Source: the human T2T-CHM13v2.0 reference genome, Homo sapiens | Length of the DNA: 64,000 bases | Direction: 5' to 3' (one strand) | Assembly: GCF_009914755.1 (NCBI RefSeq) | Contig: NC_060927.1 | Shown: positions 27,837 to 38,869 of the stretch, piece after piece | Layout: every line of letters begins with the position of its first letter | Numbering within the stretch: position 1 is the first letter of the stretch | The notes under the pieces: generated by a model | Database searches by the model: none | Seen by the model: only the letters and a program-made list of their open reading frames with translations | What the model was told of the DNA's origin: nothing | Made by a program: the position numbers and the translations under genes

Positions 27837-30131
27837 TGTATTAGTTTGTGTTCATGCTGCTGATAAAGACATACCTGAGACTGGGCAATTTACAAAATAA
27901 AGAGGTTTAGTGGACTTACAGTTCCAAGTGGCTGGGGAGGCCTCAAAATCAAGGCAGAAGGCAAAGGTGCAAGTCACGTCTTACATGGATGGCAGCAGGC
28001 AAAAAGTGCTTGTGCAGGGGAACCCCCCCTTTTAAAACCATCAGATCTTGTGAGACTTATTCACTATCATGAGAACAGCGTGGGAAAGACCTGCCCCAGT
28101 GATTCATTTACATCCCATCGGGTCCCTCCCACAACATGTGGGAGTTCAAGATGGATTTGGGTGGGGACACAGCCAAACCATATCATTCTATCCCTGGCCC
28201 CTCCCAAATCTCGTGTCCTCACATTTCAAAACCAATCATGCCTTCCTGACAGTCCCCCAAAGTCTTAACGCACTTCAGGATTAGTTCAAAAGTCCACAGT
28301 CCAAAGTCTCATCTGAAACAAGTCAAGTCCCTTCCACTTATGAGCCTGTAAAATCAAAAGCAAGTTAGTTACTTCCCAGATAAAATGGGGGTACAGGCAT
28401 TGGGTAAATACAGGCATTCCAAGTGGGAGAAATTGGCCAAAACAAAGGGGCCACAGGCCCCATGCAAGTCTGAAATCCAGCAGGGCAGTCAAATCTTAAA
28501 GCTCTAAAATGATCTCCTTTGACTCCATGTTTCATATCCAGGTCATGCTGATGCAAGAGGTGGGCTACCTTGGTCTTGGGCAGTTCTGCCCCTGTGGCTC
28601 TGCAGGGTACAGCCTCCCTCCTGGCTGCTTTAATGGGCTGGTGTTGAGTGTCTATGGCTTTTCCAGGTGAACGGTGCAAGCTGTTGATGGATCTACCATC
28701 CTAGTGTCTGGAGGACAGGGGCCTTCTTCTCACAGCTCCAGTAGGCAGTGCCCCAGTAGGAACCCTGTGTGTGGGCTCTGACCCCACATTTCCCTTCTGC
28801 ATTGCCCTAGCAGAGGTTCTCCATGACTGCCCTGGCCCTATAGCAAACTTCTGCCTGGGCCCTCCAGGCATTTCCATACATCATCTGAAATCTAAGTAGA
28901 GGTTCCTAAACCCCAATTATTGACTTCTGTGTACCCACGGGCTCAACACCACATGGAAGCCACCAAGGCTTGGAGCTTGCACCCTCTGAAGCCATAGCCT
29001 GAGCTCTATGTTGGCCCCTTTCAGCCACAGCTGGAGTGGCTGGAATGCAGGGCCCCAAGTCCCTAGGCTGCACACAGCATGGATACCCTGAGCCTAGCCC
29101 ATGAAAACATTTTTTCCTGTTAGGCCTTAGGATCTGTGATAGGAGGGGCTGACGTGAAGACCTCTGACATGCCCTGGAGATATTTTCCCCATTGTCTTGG
29201 TGATTAACATTTGACTCCTGTTAAATATGCAAATTTCTGCAGCCAGCTTGGATTTCTCTTCAGAAAAAGGGATTTTCTTTTCTATCGCATTGTCAGGCTG
29301 CAAATTTTCCAAACTTTATGCCCTCCTTGTCTTATAAAACTAAATGCCTTTAACAGCACTGAAATCACCTCTTGAATGCTTTGCTGCTTAGAAATTTTTT
29401 CTGCCAGATACCCTAAATCATCCCTCTCAAGTTCAAAGTTCCAGAAATCTCTAGGGCAGGGGCAAAATGCTGCCAGTCTCTTTGCTAAAACATAACAAGA
29501 GTCACCTGCACTTCAGTTCCCAACAAGTTCTTCATTTCCATCTGATACCACCTCAGCCTGGATTTCATTGTCCATATCATCATCAGCATTTTGGTCAAAG
29601 CCATTCAACAAGTCTCTAGGGAGCTCCAAACTTTCCCACATTTTCCTGTCTTCTTCTGAGCCCTCCAAACTGTTCCAACCCCTGCCTGTTACCCAGTTCC
29701 AAAGTTGCTTCCACATTTTCGGGTATCTACAGCAGCACCCCACTCTGATACCAATTTACTGTATTAGTCCTTTTTCATGCTGCTGATAAAGACATACCTG
29801 AGACTGGGCAATTTAGAAAAGAAAAGTTTAAAGGACTCACAGTTCCAAGTGACTGGAACTGGAACTCACAGTTCCAAGTGGCCCCACAAACGTGGCAGAA
29901 GGCAAGGAAGAGCAAGTCACGTCTTACATGGATGGCAGCAGACAAAAAGAGAGCTTGTGCTGGGAAACTCCCTTTTTTAAAACCATCAGATCTCGTGAGA
30001 CTTATTCACTATCACGAGAGCAGCATGGGAAAGACCTGCCCCAATGATTCAATTACCTTCCACCAGGTCCCTCCCACAACACATGGGAGTTCAAAATGAG
30101 ATTTGGGTGGGGACACAGCCAAACTATATCA
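27837..30131 (-). mobile_element. Full-length THE1 (THE1B-like) MaLR provirus: LTR 27837-28185, internal region 28186-29759, LTR 29760-30131
   Basis: Two tgtattagt...ccatatca LTRs flank a ~1.6-kb THE1 internal region; 5-bp TSD ctaat. Confidence 0.95.
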
Positions 30132-30863
30132 CTAATAATCAGAGAAATGCAAATGAAAACCACAATGAGGTACCATCTTACACCAGTCAGAAAGGCTATT
30201 ATTAAAAATTCAAAAAATAAATAGCTGCTTAAACACTGTTTGTTGGAATGTAAATAAGCACAACTTCTATGGAAAATGGTATGGAGATTTCCCAAAGAAC
30301 TAAAAATAGAACAATTATTTGATGCAGCAATCTCACTACTGTGTATTTACCCAAAGAGAAATAAATCTTTAGATAAAATGACACCTGCACTTGTTTGTTA
30401 CTGCATTACTCACAACAGCAAAGTCATGGAATCAACCTAAGAGTCTATCAGTTGATAGAGAAAATGGACAGAGAAAATGTGGTATGTATATATACCACAG
30501 AATACTATTCAAACATAAAAAAATGAAGTCATGTCTTCTGTGACTCTATGGATGGAACTGGAGGCCATTATCTTACATGAAATAACCCAGAAACAGAAAG
30601 TCAAATACCACATGTTCTTACTTCTGAGTGGGAGCTAAAACAATGTGTACACATGACATACAGGGTGGAATAATAGACACTGAAGACTCCAAAAGATGAG
30701 AGGGTGAGAAGTGGGTGAGGGATAAAAAATTACCAATTGGGTACAATTTACATTATTTGAGTGATGGTTATACTAAAAGCCAGACTTCATTACTATGCAA
30801 TATACCTTGCATAGTATACTATGTAGTATACCTTGCAATATGCAAGGTAACAAAAATGCACTT

Positions 30864-30963
30864 GTGAATTGCTTGAGGCCTTCGAGGCTGCAGCAAGCAG
30901 TGATTGTGCCACAACACTCCAGCCTGGGTGACAGAGTGAGACCCTGTCTCAAAAAAAAAAAAA
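30864..30963 (+). mobile_element. 5'-truncated Alu right arm (AluJ/FRAM-like)
   Basis: cactccagcctgggtgacagagtgagaccctgtctc followed by A tail; TSD aaaatgcactt. Confidence 0.88.
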
Positions 30964-31200
30964 TGCACTTTTACTCCGTAAATCTATAAAAATAAGAAAT
31001 AATGAAAATAAGGTGTTAAATCAACCAATACTTATAAAGAGTCTGAAATGTGCTCAACAGTGTGCAAAGTAATTAACTCAGTCTCTGACATAGAGTAGAT
31101 GCATAATTAACCTGGAATCTTTATTGATAGCTTAATAAATATTTCTCATAATTAAATTTCTTATGGTTTTGGTTTATCTGTTTTCAGGAGTATACCGGTT

Positions 31201-31508
31201 ATTTTTATTTATTTATTTATTTTTTTTGAGACGGAGTCTCTCTCTGTCGCCCAGGCTGGAGTGCAGTGGGCTGATCTCGGCTCACTGCAAGCTCCGCCTC
31301 CCGGGTTCATGCCATTCTCCTGCCTCTGCCTCCTGAGTGGCTGGGACTACAGGTACCCTCCACTGCGCCTGGCTAATTTTTTGTATTTTTAGTAGAGACA
31401 GCGTTTTGCCGTATTAGCCAGGATGGTCTTGATCTCCTGACCTTGTGATCCACTCACCTCGGCCTCCCAAAGTGCTGGGATTACAGGCCTGAGCCACCGT
31501 GCCTGGCC
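31201..31508 (-). mobile_element. Alu (AluY-like)
   Basis: Full Alu; TSD at(a/g)ccggtt. Confidence 0.95.
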
Positions 31509-31757
31509 ATGCCGGTTCTTTAAAGTGAAGTTTACCTGGTAACCTTGTTTCTTTTGAGCTTTGATTCTATATGCTTGTGCAAATGTATGGTAGTTTGAAT
31601 TCTCATCTAAATCTTCCCTCTTCTAGTGAGAGTCATGAAATTTTGCTCTCGTTCAAATGCCCACCATCTAAAATAAATCATTATGACTCTAGTAAAAGCC
31701 AAGCAGTCGAAAACCATCCCTTCCCCATCTAGATTTAAAACATTTCGATATTTCATA

Positions 31758-31828
31758 TTTTTTATTTACAAGGGAAACTGTAAGAGTATTTTCAGTGTAT
31801 GAATATCCCTTTTCTTGTAAATAAAAAA
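31758..31828. repeat. Local inverted repeat (15-bp perfect stem)
   Basis: ttttttatttacaag (31758-31772) is the reverse complement of cttgtaaataaaaaa (31814-31828). Confidence 0.9.
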
Positions 31829-32553
31829 GTGGCAATGCTCACGGGAATTTTCATAAATCATTTATGATTTAAGGAGTAGAAAAAGTGATTTGATTGTAAA
31901 AACTGTATGGGATATAGCTGATGAAGACGCATCAAGATGGTACATCAGTGGCTTGAAGAATTTTAAACTAATTGCAAGATTGATTTAAGTTTCACTTAAA
32001 GTGACCTTCCTTCATCTCTGGCATGTTAGAGAAGGCAATGAAAAAAAAAGATTATATCCTAGTATGATTTTACAGTTATTTCTTCCTTTGAAACAAAGGT
32101 ATCTCAGCTTTTGGTGTGTTCAACAAACATGACTAAATGAAGCTAGGCAGTTGTGTATACACACTAAGTATGATATTAAGAGCTGGGGAATTAAAGATTC
32201 ATGAACCTCATTGGATGGTGAGGTCCTTGCACTGCACATGGTTTGGTACATTGTGCCATGTAATGTCTCCCTACCTGTAAGCTCCTTGAAGACAGACTGT
32301 ATTTTATATATTTTTATATTCTATATGTTTATGATCCTCATCTATAGCAAGCTGTACATACCTGTTTGTAAACCAATAGTCTGCCCATTGGAGTGAACAC
32401 ATTAAATAAAACCATAGTTTTCATCCATCTTACTGTCTTCATTTTGGCTTTTTTTTTTAGCTTTCTTGTATTCATGGGTCAGGAAGAAAAGCATCTGGAT
32501 TTCAAAGCTGCTTGTGATACTAGATCAGCAAATGTCCCGTGAGCATTGCCACT
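31828..32553. repeat. Long-range perfect 19-bp inverted repeat with a 688-nt spacer
   Basis: agtggcaatgctcacggga (31828-31846) and tcccgtgagcattgccact (32535-32553). Confidence 0.95.
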
Positions 32554-32859
32554 CTGCCCTCTCCACGCTGCCTGTGTCACAGCCCATCTGCATGACAGGG
32601 GTTCTGTAACTCCCAGCAGTGGAGCCTGATTTCTTTCCAACACTCTTTTTGTCCCGCACGCTTGCTTCTAATTAACCAAAGGTGAAGGACTGTGGCAGTG
32701 CTGCCTCTTGTGTCAAATCCATTTATCTATTTTCCTGACACGTCTTGTCAATTAGAGGATCAGAGACACCTCTATGTGGGTGTGTACAGTAAAGGGTGAA
32801 AATACCATCTCTGGGGTAGTTGTTGCATTGTGGTCCCATCCATTAACACGTGTTTGTAT

Positions 32860-33150
32860 GTTAGGAGCTTGAGACCTGGAATGGAGCAGAGCCGGGTTCG
32901 AATTCTGCCTCTGCTCTTTGCTGGTTGTGTAACTGCAGGGGAATTACTTATCTGCTCCACTCCCCTTTAGTCCTTTTTCTTGATTAAAAAACACACAGGA
33001 GACTTAAGCTCTTTGGAACTCAATTTTGTTACTAGCAAAAAAGGAAAAACAGCAGCATCTACCATACAGATTTGTTTTCAGGATTAAATAAAATAATCCA
33101 TATAAAGTATTTACACTCTGTCTAGTGTAGTTTGCCCTCAATAAAAATGT
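32860..33150 (+). mobile_element. MIR (with an insertion)
   Basis: gagccgggttcgaattctgcctctgctc...gtgtaactgcaggggaattactta...ggattaaataaaataatccatataaag. Confidence 0.7.
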
Positions 33151-33644
33151 GTTTGCTATTCTTGCTGTTGTTCCATTCTTTCTGTATGACTTTCGAATTA
33201 TAATCCATTGTATGACTCTATGCCATCAGTATATAGACCATTTTACAGCTCATTATCAACTTTTCTGCCTCATTCACTTCAATATGATCTGAAATGAATC
33301 TTCTCTTTTTCTCTCTCTGGCTTTCTCGTTACTTCAGCTTTTGTAGTTCCTGTGAGTTTTAGGTTTAAGGTAACCTTGAACTCCATTTCCTTATTGCTTT
33401 GCCTTTCTCCTTGTGGGCTACTCATTGCCTTTATTTTTGACTTCCTGAATTGGAGACCGTGTACTTGAACTTAATGGAAAGTAAATCTGCTGTAATTCAG
33501 AAGCTGCCACCTGTGTGAAGTACTGGCAATAACTGTAGAGACTACACAACTTATAAATCAATAGTGTTCACTTTCCTGTTGTTCTAATTTAAATTTATTT
33601 TAGTTAGTCCTTGGACCATACACAATCTCTGAGATCTTCAACTA

Positions 33645-33743
33645 TTATGCTGGCACAAAAGCAATTGCAGTTTTCGATCTCACATTTAAGCTTTGCCATT
33701 ACTTTCAATGGCAAAAACCGCAATTACTTTTGTACCAACCTAA
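33645..33743. mobile_element. MADE1 (Hsmar1 MITE) with a ~17-nt insertion
   Basis: Palindromic ttatgctggcacaaaagcaattgcagtttt...caaaaaccgcaattacttttgtaccaacctaa with TA flanks. Confidence 0.92.
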
Positions 33744-34909
33744 TATTAACCATCTGATGTTTTGAATTGTTGAAAGAGACCATGTCCCTCTCTCCATTAA
33801 AAATTCTACTGATGCCAGCACTGTTCATTCTCCTAGTGCCCTGCTCAGTGCAATGTTTAGATAGGGACAGCTGCATGCAGTGAGACTGCTCTTTAGGGGA
33901 GTGACCCCCACCTTATGCTGCTCTCTTTTTGTAGGACAATTGTGGGAGTAGCTTGTAAGGGGAACATTCTGAGTTTGGGTGCCAAGCCATCTAAGCTTAA
34001 GCAAGATTTATTTAAGAGAGCCTGAGAATGCCTACTGCCCAGCACCTGAAAACTCTGGGGGAAATAGAAATCATGAGAAGACTTTTCTGCTGTTAGTAAG
34101 AGCTATTGGTCCCTTCTAGCTCATTGCCAGGCAATTCAGAGAAAATCCCCTATGATAATTCACTGGACAATCCCATGTGCCAGCCACAATTACTTAAGTG
34201 TGAGATCTAAAATTAGCAACCAGTTAATTATTAGATTTAAAAATTAATATTTAGTTAATCAGATTTAATAATGACTAATTAATAGATCCAATTACAATTT
34301 ATGAGATCTCAATAAAGCTGAGCTTAAATTGAATAGGAAGTAGAAATCATGTTAATAATGTGAGGAAATAATGAGATGCACTAAAAGGAGGCTATAAAGT
34401 TTTAGAGTTGCTATGATAGGAAATGAGGATCCGCAGAAGATTTCGAGTCAGAAAACTGTACCATGAGACCAGCGTTTAGGGGATTATTGATTCAGTGGCA
34501 ATTACTGACCCGGCAGAGAAAGGTGAGAGTGAGGGGAACCTGTTGTTGTAGAGCACGGACTAAAAGCAGTAATGGCAGAAATAGAAAGCGTATTAGAAGG
34601 AAATAATTGATAGAAATTAGTGATCAGCTGGAATCCAGGAGTGAAGGAGGGATTCTAAGATGGTACCTTTCTAGATGTTAACAGACTGGATTTAGGTAGC
34701 TAGTGAGGATCTGACAGAAAAACATGTCAAGTAAACTTATTTGGGAGGAGAGGAAGGCTAAGTTTTAGACACTGGGTGAATCATTGTAGTGGAGGAAATT
34801 CACTGAAGGAATGTTTAGAAAGAGAGATAAGAAAACCCAAAGAAAAACTTCAATAATTTCTACTGGTTTTTTTTGTTTGTTTCTTTAAAAATTTTATTTT
34901 TAGTTTTCT

Positions 34910-35110
34910 AGAGTCAGGCAGAAAGAACTGGGTTTTAACCCTGTTCCTATCAGTTACATTTTGTAATTGTCTCTACATTTCATCAAGTTTTAGTTTTCTT
35001 ATCCATAATATGGGGATGGAATGGATAATAAACATTACCTATTAGATAATGTGTGGGGAATAAATGTGTTATACGACGTAAAGGTATTTCTCAATATTAG
35101 GCATAGTCAG
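34910..35110 (+). mobile_element. MIR
   Basis: tagagtcaggcagaaagaactgggtttt...ttttagttttcttatccataatatggggat. Confidence 0.6.
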
Positions 35111-35884
35111 CTCCCAATAGGTGGAAACTGATAAAAATATTACATATTCAGTCCTTTGTGAGTACTGGGGAAAGTTGAAAAAGGGAGTTGGAAGCAGGAT
35201 ACATTAGGAAGTTTCCTCTCTTTCTATGAGGCTTGGAACTTTAAAAATAATACTATCTGCCTTTTGAGTATGACATCTGAATTATTATTTAGGTGAAAAG
35301 ATTCTGGATTTTTATCCTGAACATAGAGTTTTCAAAAATCCCTTGGTGATTACTCGTGGACCCTGCAATGAAAAGTAGACCATAATGATGAGCTAGTCAT
35401 AAAATGCATCATTAATTTGTCCACTCTGATAGAAGTTATTTATTGAGATCAGTGCATATTTCACTGTCTCTGAGTAACCGCCAGCAACCCTGATTTTGCT
35501 TTTTCCTTTAAAGGGAGGCAGCAAGCTTAATCATGCACTAAAGGATTTAAAAATTACAACTCCCAAGACCTGACAAAATACTTTTCTGTCCCACTGACTG
35601 GAATAAAATGCAAATAATAATTCTGCATTGCTTCCCGAGGAACACCGTATGGAATAACTAGTTAATGAATGTCAAGAACTTAAAAAATAACGATTAAACA
35701 TGAAACAAAGGCTAAACATTATTGTAGTTTATTTTTTCTCATTGTGGAACTATCTCATTTCAGTGGCCTAGACCTTCTTTTTCTACAGCTGCAAAAATGC
35801 ATTTGGTGATTATGAGAATTAATCAAGCCCCAAACTGGATTATGGTGGTTGCAGACATCCTTAATTACAGGCAATGGAAAGCGA

Positions 35885-36070
35885 AGGTCATTGCTGGTTT
35901 GAATCCAACAAAGGTCAGTGCAGTGAAAAAGCCATTAACAACTGAATGTGATTTTGTGCTCTGAACATAATGAATTGCTGCCTCAGCCCAATTTCTCAGT
36001 AAACAGGTGTTCTACATCCAAGCTAACAATCACAAAAAGGACCAACTGGCCCCTTAGCTGGCAGCCTCGA
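35885..36070 (+). mobile_element. Probable LF-SINE fragment
   Basis: Colinear matches to the recalled LF-SINE consensus: ctggtttgaatcca, gccattaacaactga, aatgaattgctg-cctcagcccaattt, agtaaacaggtgttctacatc, aactggccccttagctggcagcctc. Confidence 0.65.
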
Positions 36071-36073
36071 TAA

Positions 36074-36255
36074 ACAGTGGTTCTCAGCCTTGGCTATACA
36101 TCAGCACTGAACGGCACTGAACTTGCAGGCACCCAGGCAGCACCTAGACCAATTAAACTGGGATCTCCAAAACTGGGACAGAAGCATCAGTTATGTTTTT
36201 TCTTTTTTAATAACTCTGGTTGATTCCTAGGTACAGCCGTATTTTCAACCACTGC
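36074..36255. mobile_element. MER5 (MER5A/B)
   Basis: Terminal inverted repeats cagtggttctc / tcaaccactg; ccagaccaattaaa-like internal motif. Confidence 0.8.
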
Positions 36256-37179
36256 TCCATAGGAAGCAAAAGCCAAAAGCAACACTGTTCCCCCCTTAAC
36301 ATGCATTTCTTCAAGATAGCTTTGCAATAAATCACAAACTATGGTGAAAGTGTTTATGTCACTAATGTCCCAGTAAGGTAAGACCTGTAGATTAATGATA
36401 CATTTTAGTTCTTTTGAATACCTAGTTGAAAGCTTTGAGGACTATCATGTGACTTTAAAAAATAATTAGTAATCCCAACCCCAGCTGTCAGTTGGAATAT
36501 TTGACCCTATAACCTGCCTGTGGACATAGATATTTGAGGCCTATAAGGTTTTTGAGGTTTCTGTACTCATACCCATTTATCACCCTCAACAGTGGCACAA
36601 TTTAGATCTTTGCCTGAGGACAGAAAAGCTTTTGAACTTAATAACTTAATATGAGAAATGCAAATCCTCTATTTTTTAACCTACCATCTTCAATTCAGGT
36701 AAAACACAAATGTATTATATCTCCCCCTAGCCCCTCTTTCTGCTTGGTACCAGTGACAAGAAAATGCAAGCTGAACACAATCATAGTGTGCTTGGAAAGG
36801 AAGCTAGAGATCATGGGAACGTGTGGTGTCCCACGTGCTCTAGAGCTCCCAGAAACTTTGCCAGATCATTGCTTTTTTCTCACTCCATTTTGTCAACAAT
36901 ATTATTATCTTTTATTCAGGAGATAGCCACACAGGCCCCTGGCAAGGATGAGCCAAACACGATGGCACCTTCTCATCTCCTGCCTCCTGCAAGAGCTCTG
37001 TGTTTGATCACCATGATTGTATTCAGTGACTGAAGTTTAAGTGCCATTGAATTGCCAAACATAGACAAGGCTCTTCTGTACAACTAGCTTGGATTTACTG
37101 GTCGGGAATCAGTTTTGGTACTATTATTCTGAGAGCAAACACCTGGTCTTCTCTCCAGATTATAAAAACCTTGTAGAAT

Positions 37180-37325
37180 TTTAGATTAAGAAGAAATTCA
37201 ACTCCCCTATTTTCCGGATGAGATGCCGAGGCCCATATTCACAAAGCTAGTTAGTTGAAGAGCTAGGATTTAAACTGAGACCTCCTAACACTGACAAAGA
37301 GCTCTTTCCACCACTACAGCTGCTG
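37180..37325 (-). mobile_element. MIR fragment
   Basis: actcccctattttccggatgagatgccgaggccca...agctaggatttaaactgag. Confidence 0.6.
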
Positions 37326-38100
37326 TTCTTGGAACAACTTGAGACCTTGATTTGAAATACAGGATCTTCACACCTAGTGTTGCTTGAACTGCTTCAAAGC
37401 ACTTACCTGACAGTGACAAGAGGCTTAGAGATTATGACTCTTGAGGAGTATTCAAGGTTTGAGATGAGGCCGTGTCACATTTCCTGTGATTTTTGGAGTT
37501 TCCATTAAAATTTTGCAATTTAAAAATTCTCTGTAAAATATCAGAGGTCCTCAGAAAAATATGCAGTGATAAAGCCCTTCAGGTTCAAGAAATAGACTGG
37601 ATAATCAGTGTGTAGGACTGCAAAACACTATTATCAGGGAAATTACATGGGATGAAAACTTTTCTTCACTAAAACTATTGGGCCACCACTAATATTCTTT
37701 AATATGTGAAATAACCTAAAAAACTTTTAACACAAGATGCTAGCAGTGGTATTTTTGCTTTAGTAATTCAGCTTAAATTGAATTATGTACATTTAAAAAT
37801 GGCACCAGAATAATGGAGGAGAAAGGCAAGGACTTATATTGTCCTTTTAAAAAGATGGATAAGTTTATATACTAATATTCCATGTTCCAGCAGTGCATTG
37901 TCATTAAATTTTCTGCTCTTATAATTATGTCAAATTGCTTCCATAATGTTTAATTTCCCATAGTACATCTCGTGTTGGTTTTCAAAGAAATTACAAATTA
38001 CAACAGCTACTTGATATAAGTAGGGGGCCATGCAGTATATTCAAATGTAATTGTCTCATTTTCCTACAAGCTCTAATTATAAATAATTTTTTAAAAGCTG

Positions 38101-38860
38101 TACTGTTCTATTGGCCTATTTTTATGACAGTACCATGCTGTTTTGGTTACTATAGCTTTGTATTATATTTTGAAGTCAGATAGTGTGATGCTTCTAGCTT
38201 TGCTCTTCTTGCTCAAGATTGTTTTGGCTATTTAGGGTCTCTTGCGGTTCCATACACGTTGTAGACTTGTTCTTTGTTTTTAATGCTTCTGTGAAGAATG
38301 TGAATGGTATTTTGATAGAAATGGCACTGAATTTGTAGATCAGTTTGGGTTGTATGAACATTTTAACAATATTAATTCTTCTAATTCATGAACATGTGAT
38401 ATTTTTACATTTATTTGTGTCTTCCTCAATTTCTTTAATTATTATGTGAAGTGAGATAAGTCAGGCACAGATGGACAGATACCACAGGATCTCACTCATA
38501 TGTATAATCTAAAAATCTTGATTTTATAGAAATATAGAGTAGAATGGTAGTTATCAGAGGCAGGTTAGTTACTGAGAGGGGGAGTATGGAGATGTTGATC
38601 AAGCGATACAGGGTTATAGTTAGATAGTAGGAATAAAGTTCAGGGGATCTATTATACTGCAAGGTTACTACAGTTAGTGACAATCTATAGTGTTCTTAAA
38701 AAACATAGAGAGTGGATGTTATGTGCGCTTGCCACGACAATAACTACATGAGGTAATGTATTTGTTGATTAGCTAGACTTTGCTATTTCGTAATGTGTAC
38801 ATATATCAAAACATCATGTTACACATGATAAAACATACAATGTTATCCATCAACTTAAAA
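38101..38860. mobile_element. 5'-inverted L1MA: ORF2 piece on minus (~38101-38437), 3' UTR on plus (~38440-38860)
   Basis: Orientation switch at caatttctttaatt|attatgtgaagtgagataag; candidate TSD aaaagctg(t/c)a at 38093 and ~42107. Confidence 0.75.
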
Positions 38861-38869
38861 TAATAAATT

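Larger units (their letters stand above)
27272..31000 (+). mobile_element. L1PB3/4-like 3' portion, interrupted by a THE1 provirus and an Alu arm
   Basis: ORF2 C-terminal sequence (ORF 27347-27574) and 3' UTR; TSD tgaaaataagg(ca/tg)tta at 27257 and 31003. Confidence 0.9.

Noticed and set aside
28286-29743. Several minus-strand ORFs of 60-104 aa
   Set aside because: Broken remnants of the THE1 internal ORF.
31170-31545. Acceptor tctgttttcag at 31187 and donor-like ctg/gtaacc at 31538
   Set aside because: An Alu sits between them and the donor is weak; no support for an exon.
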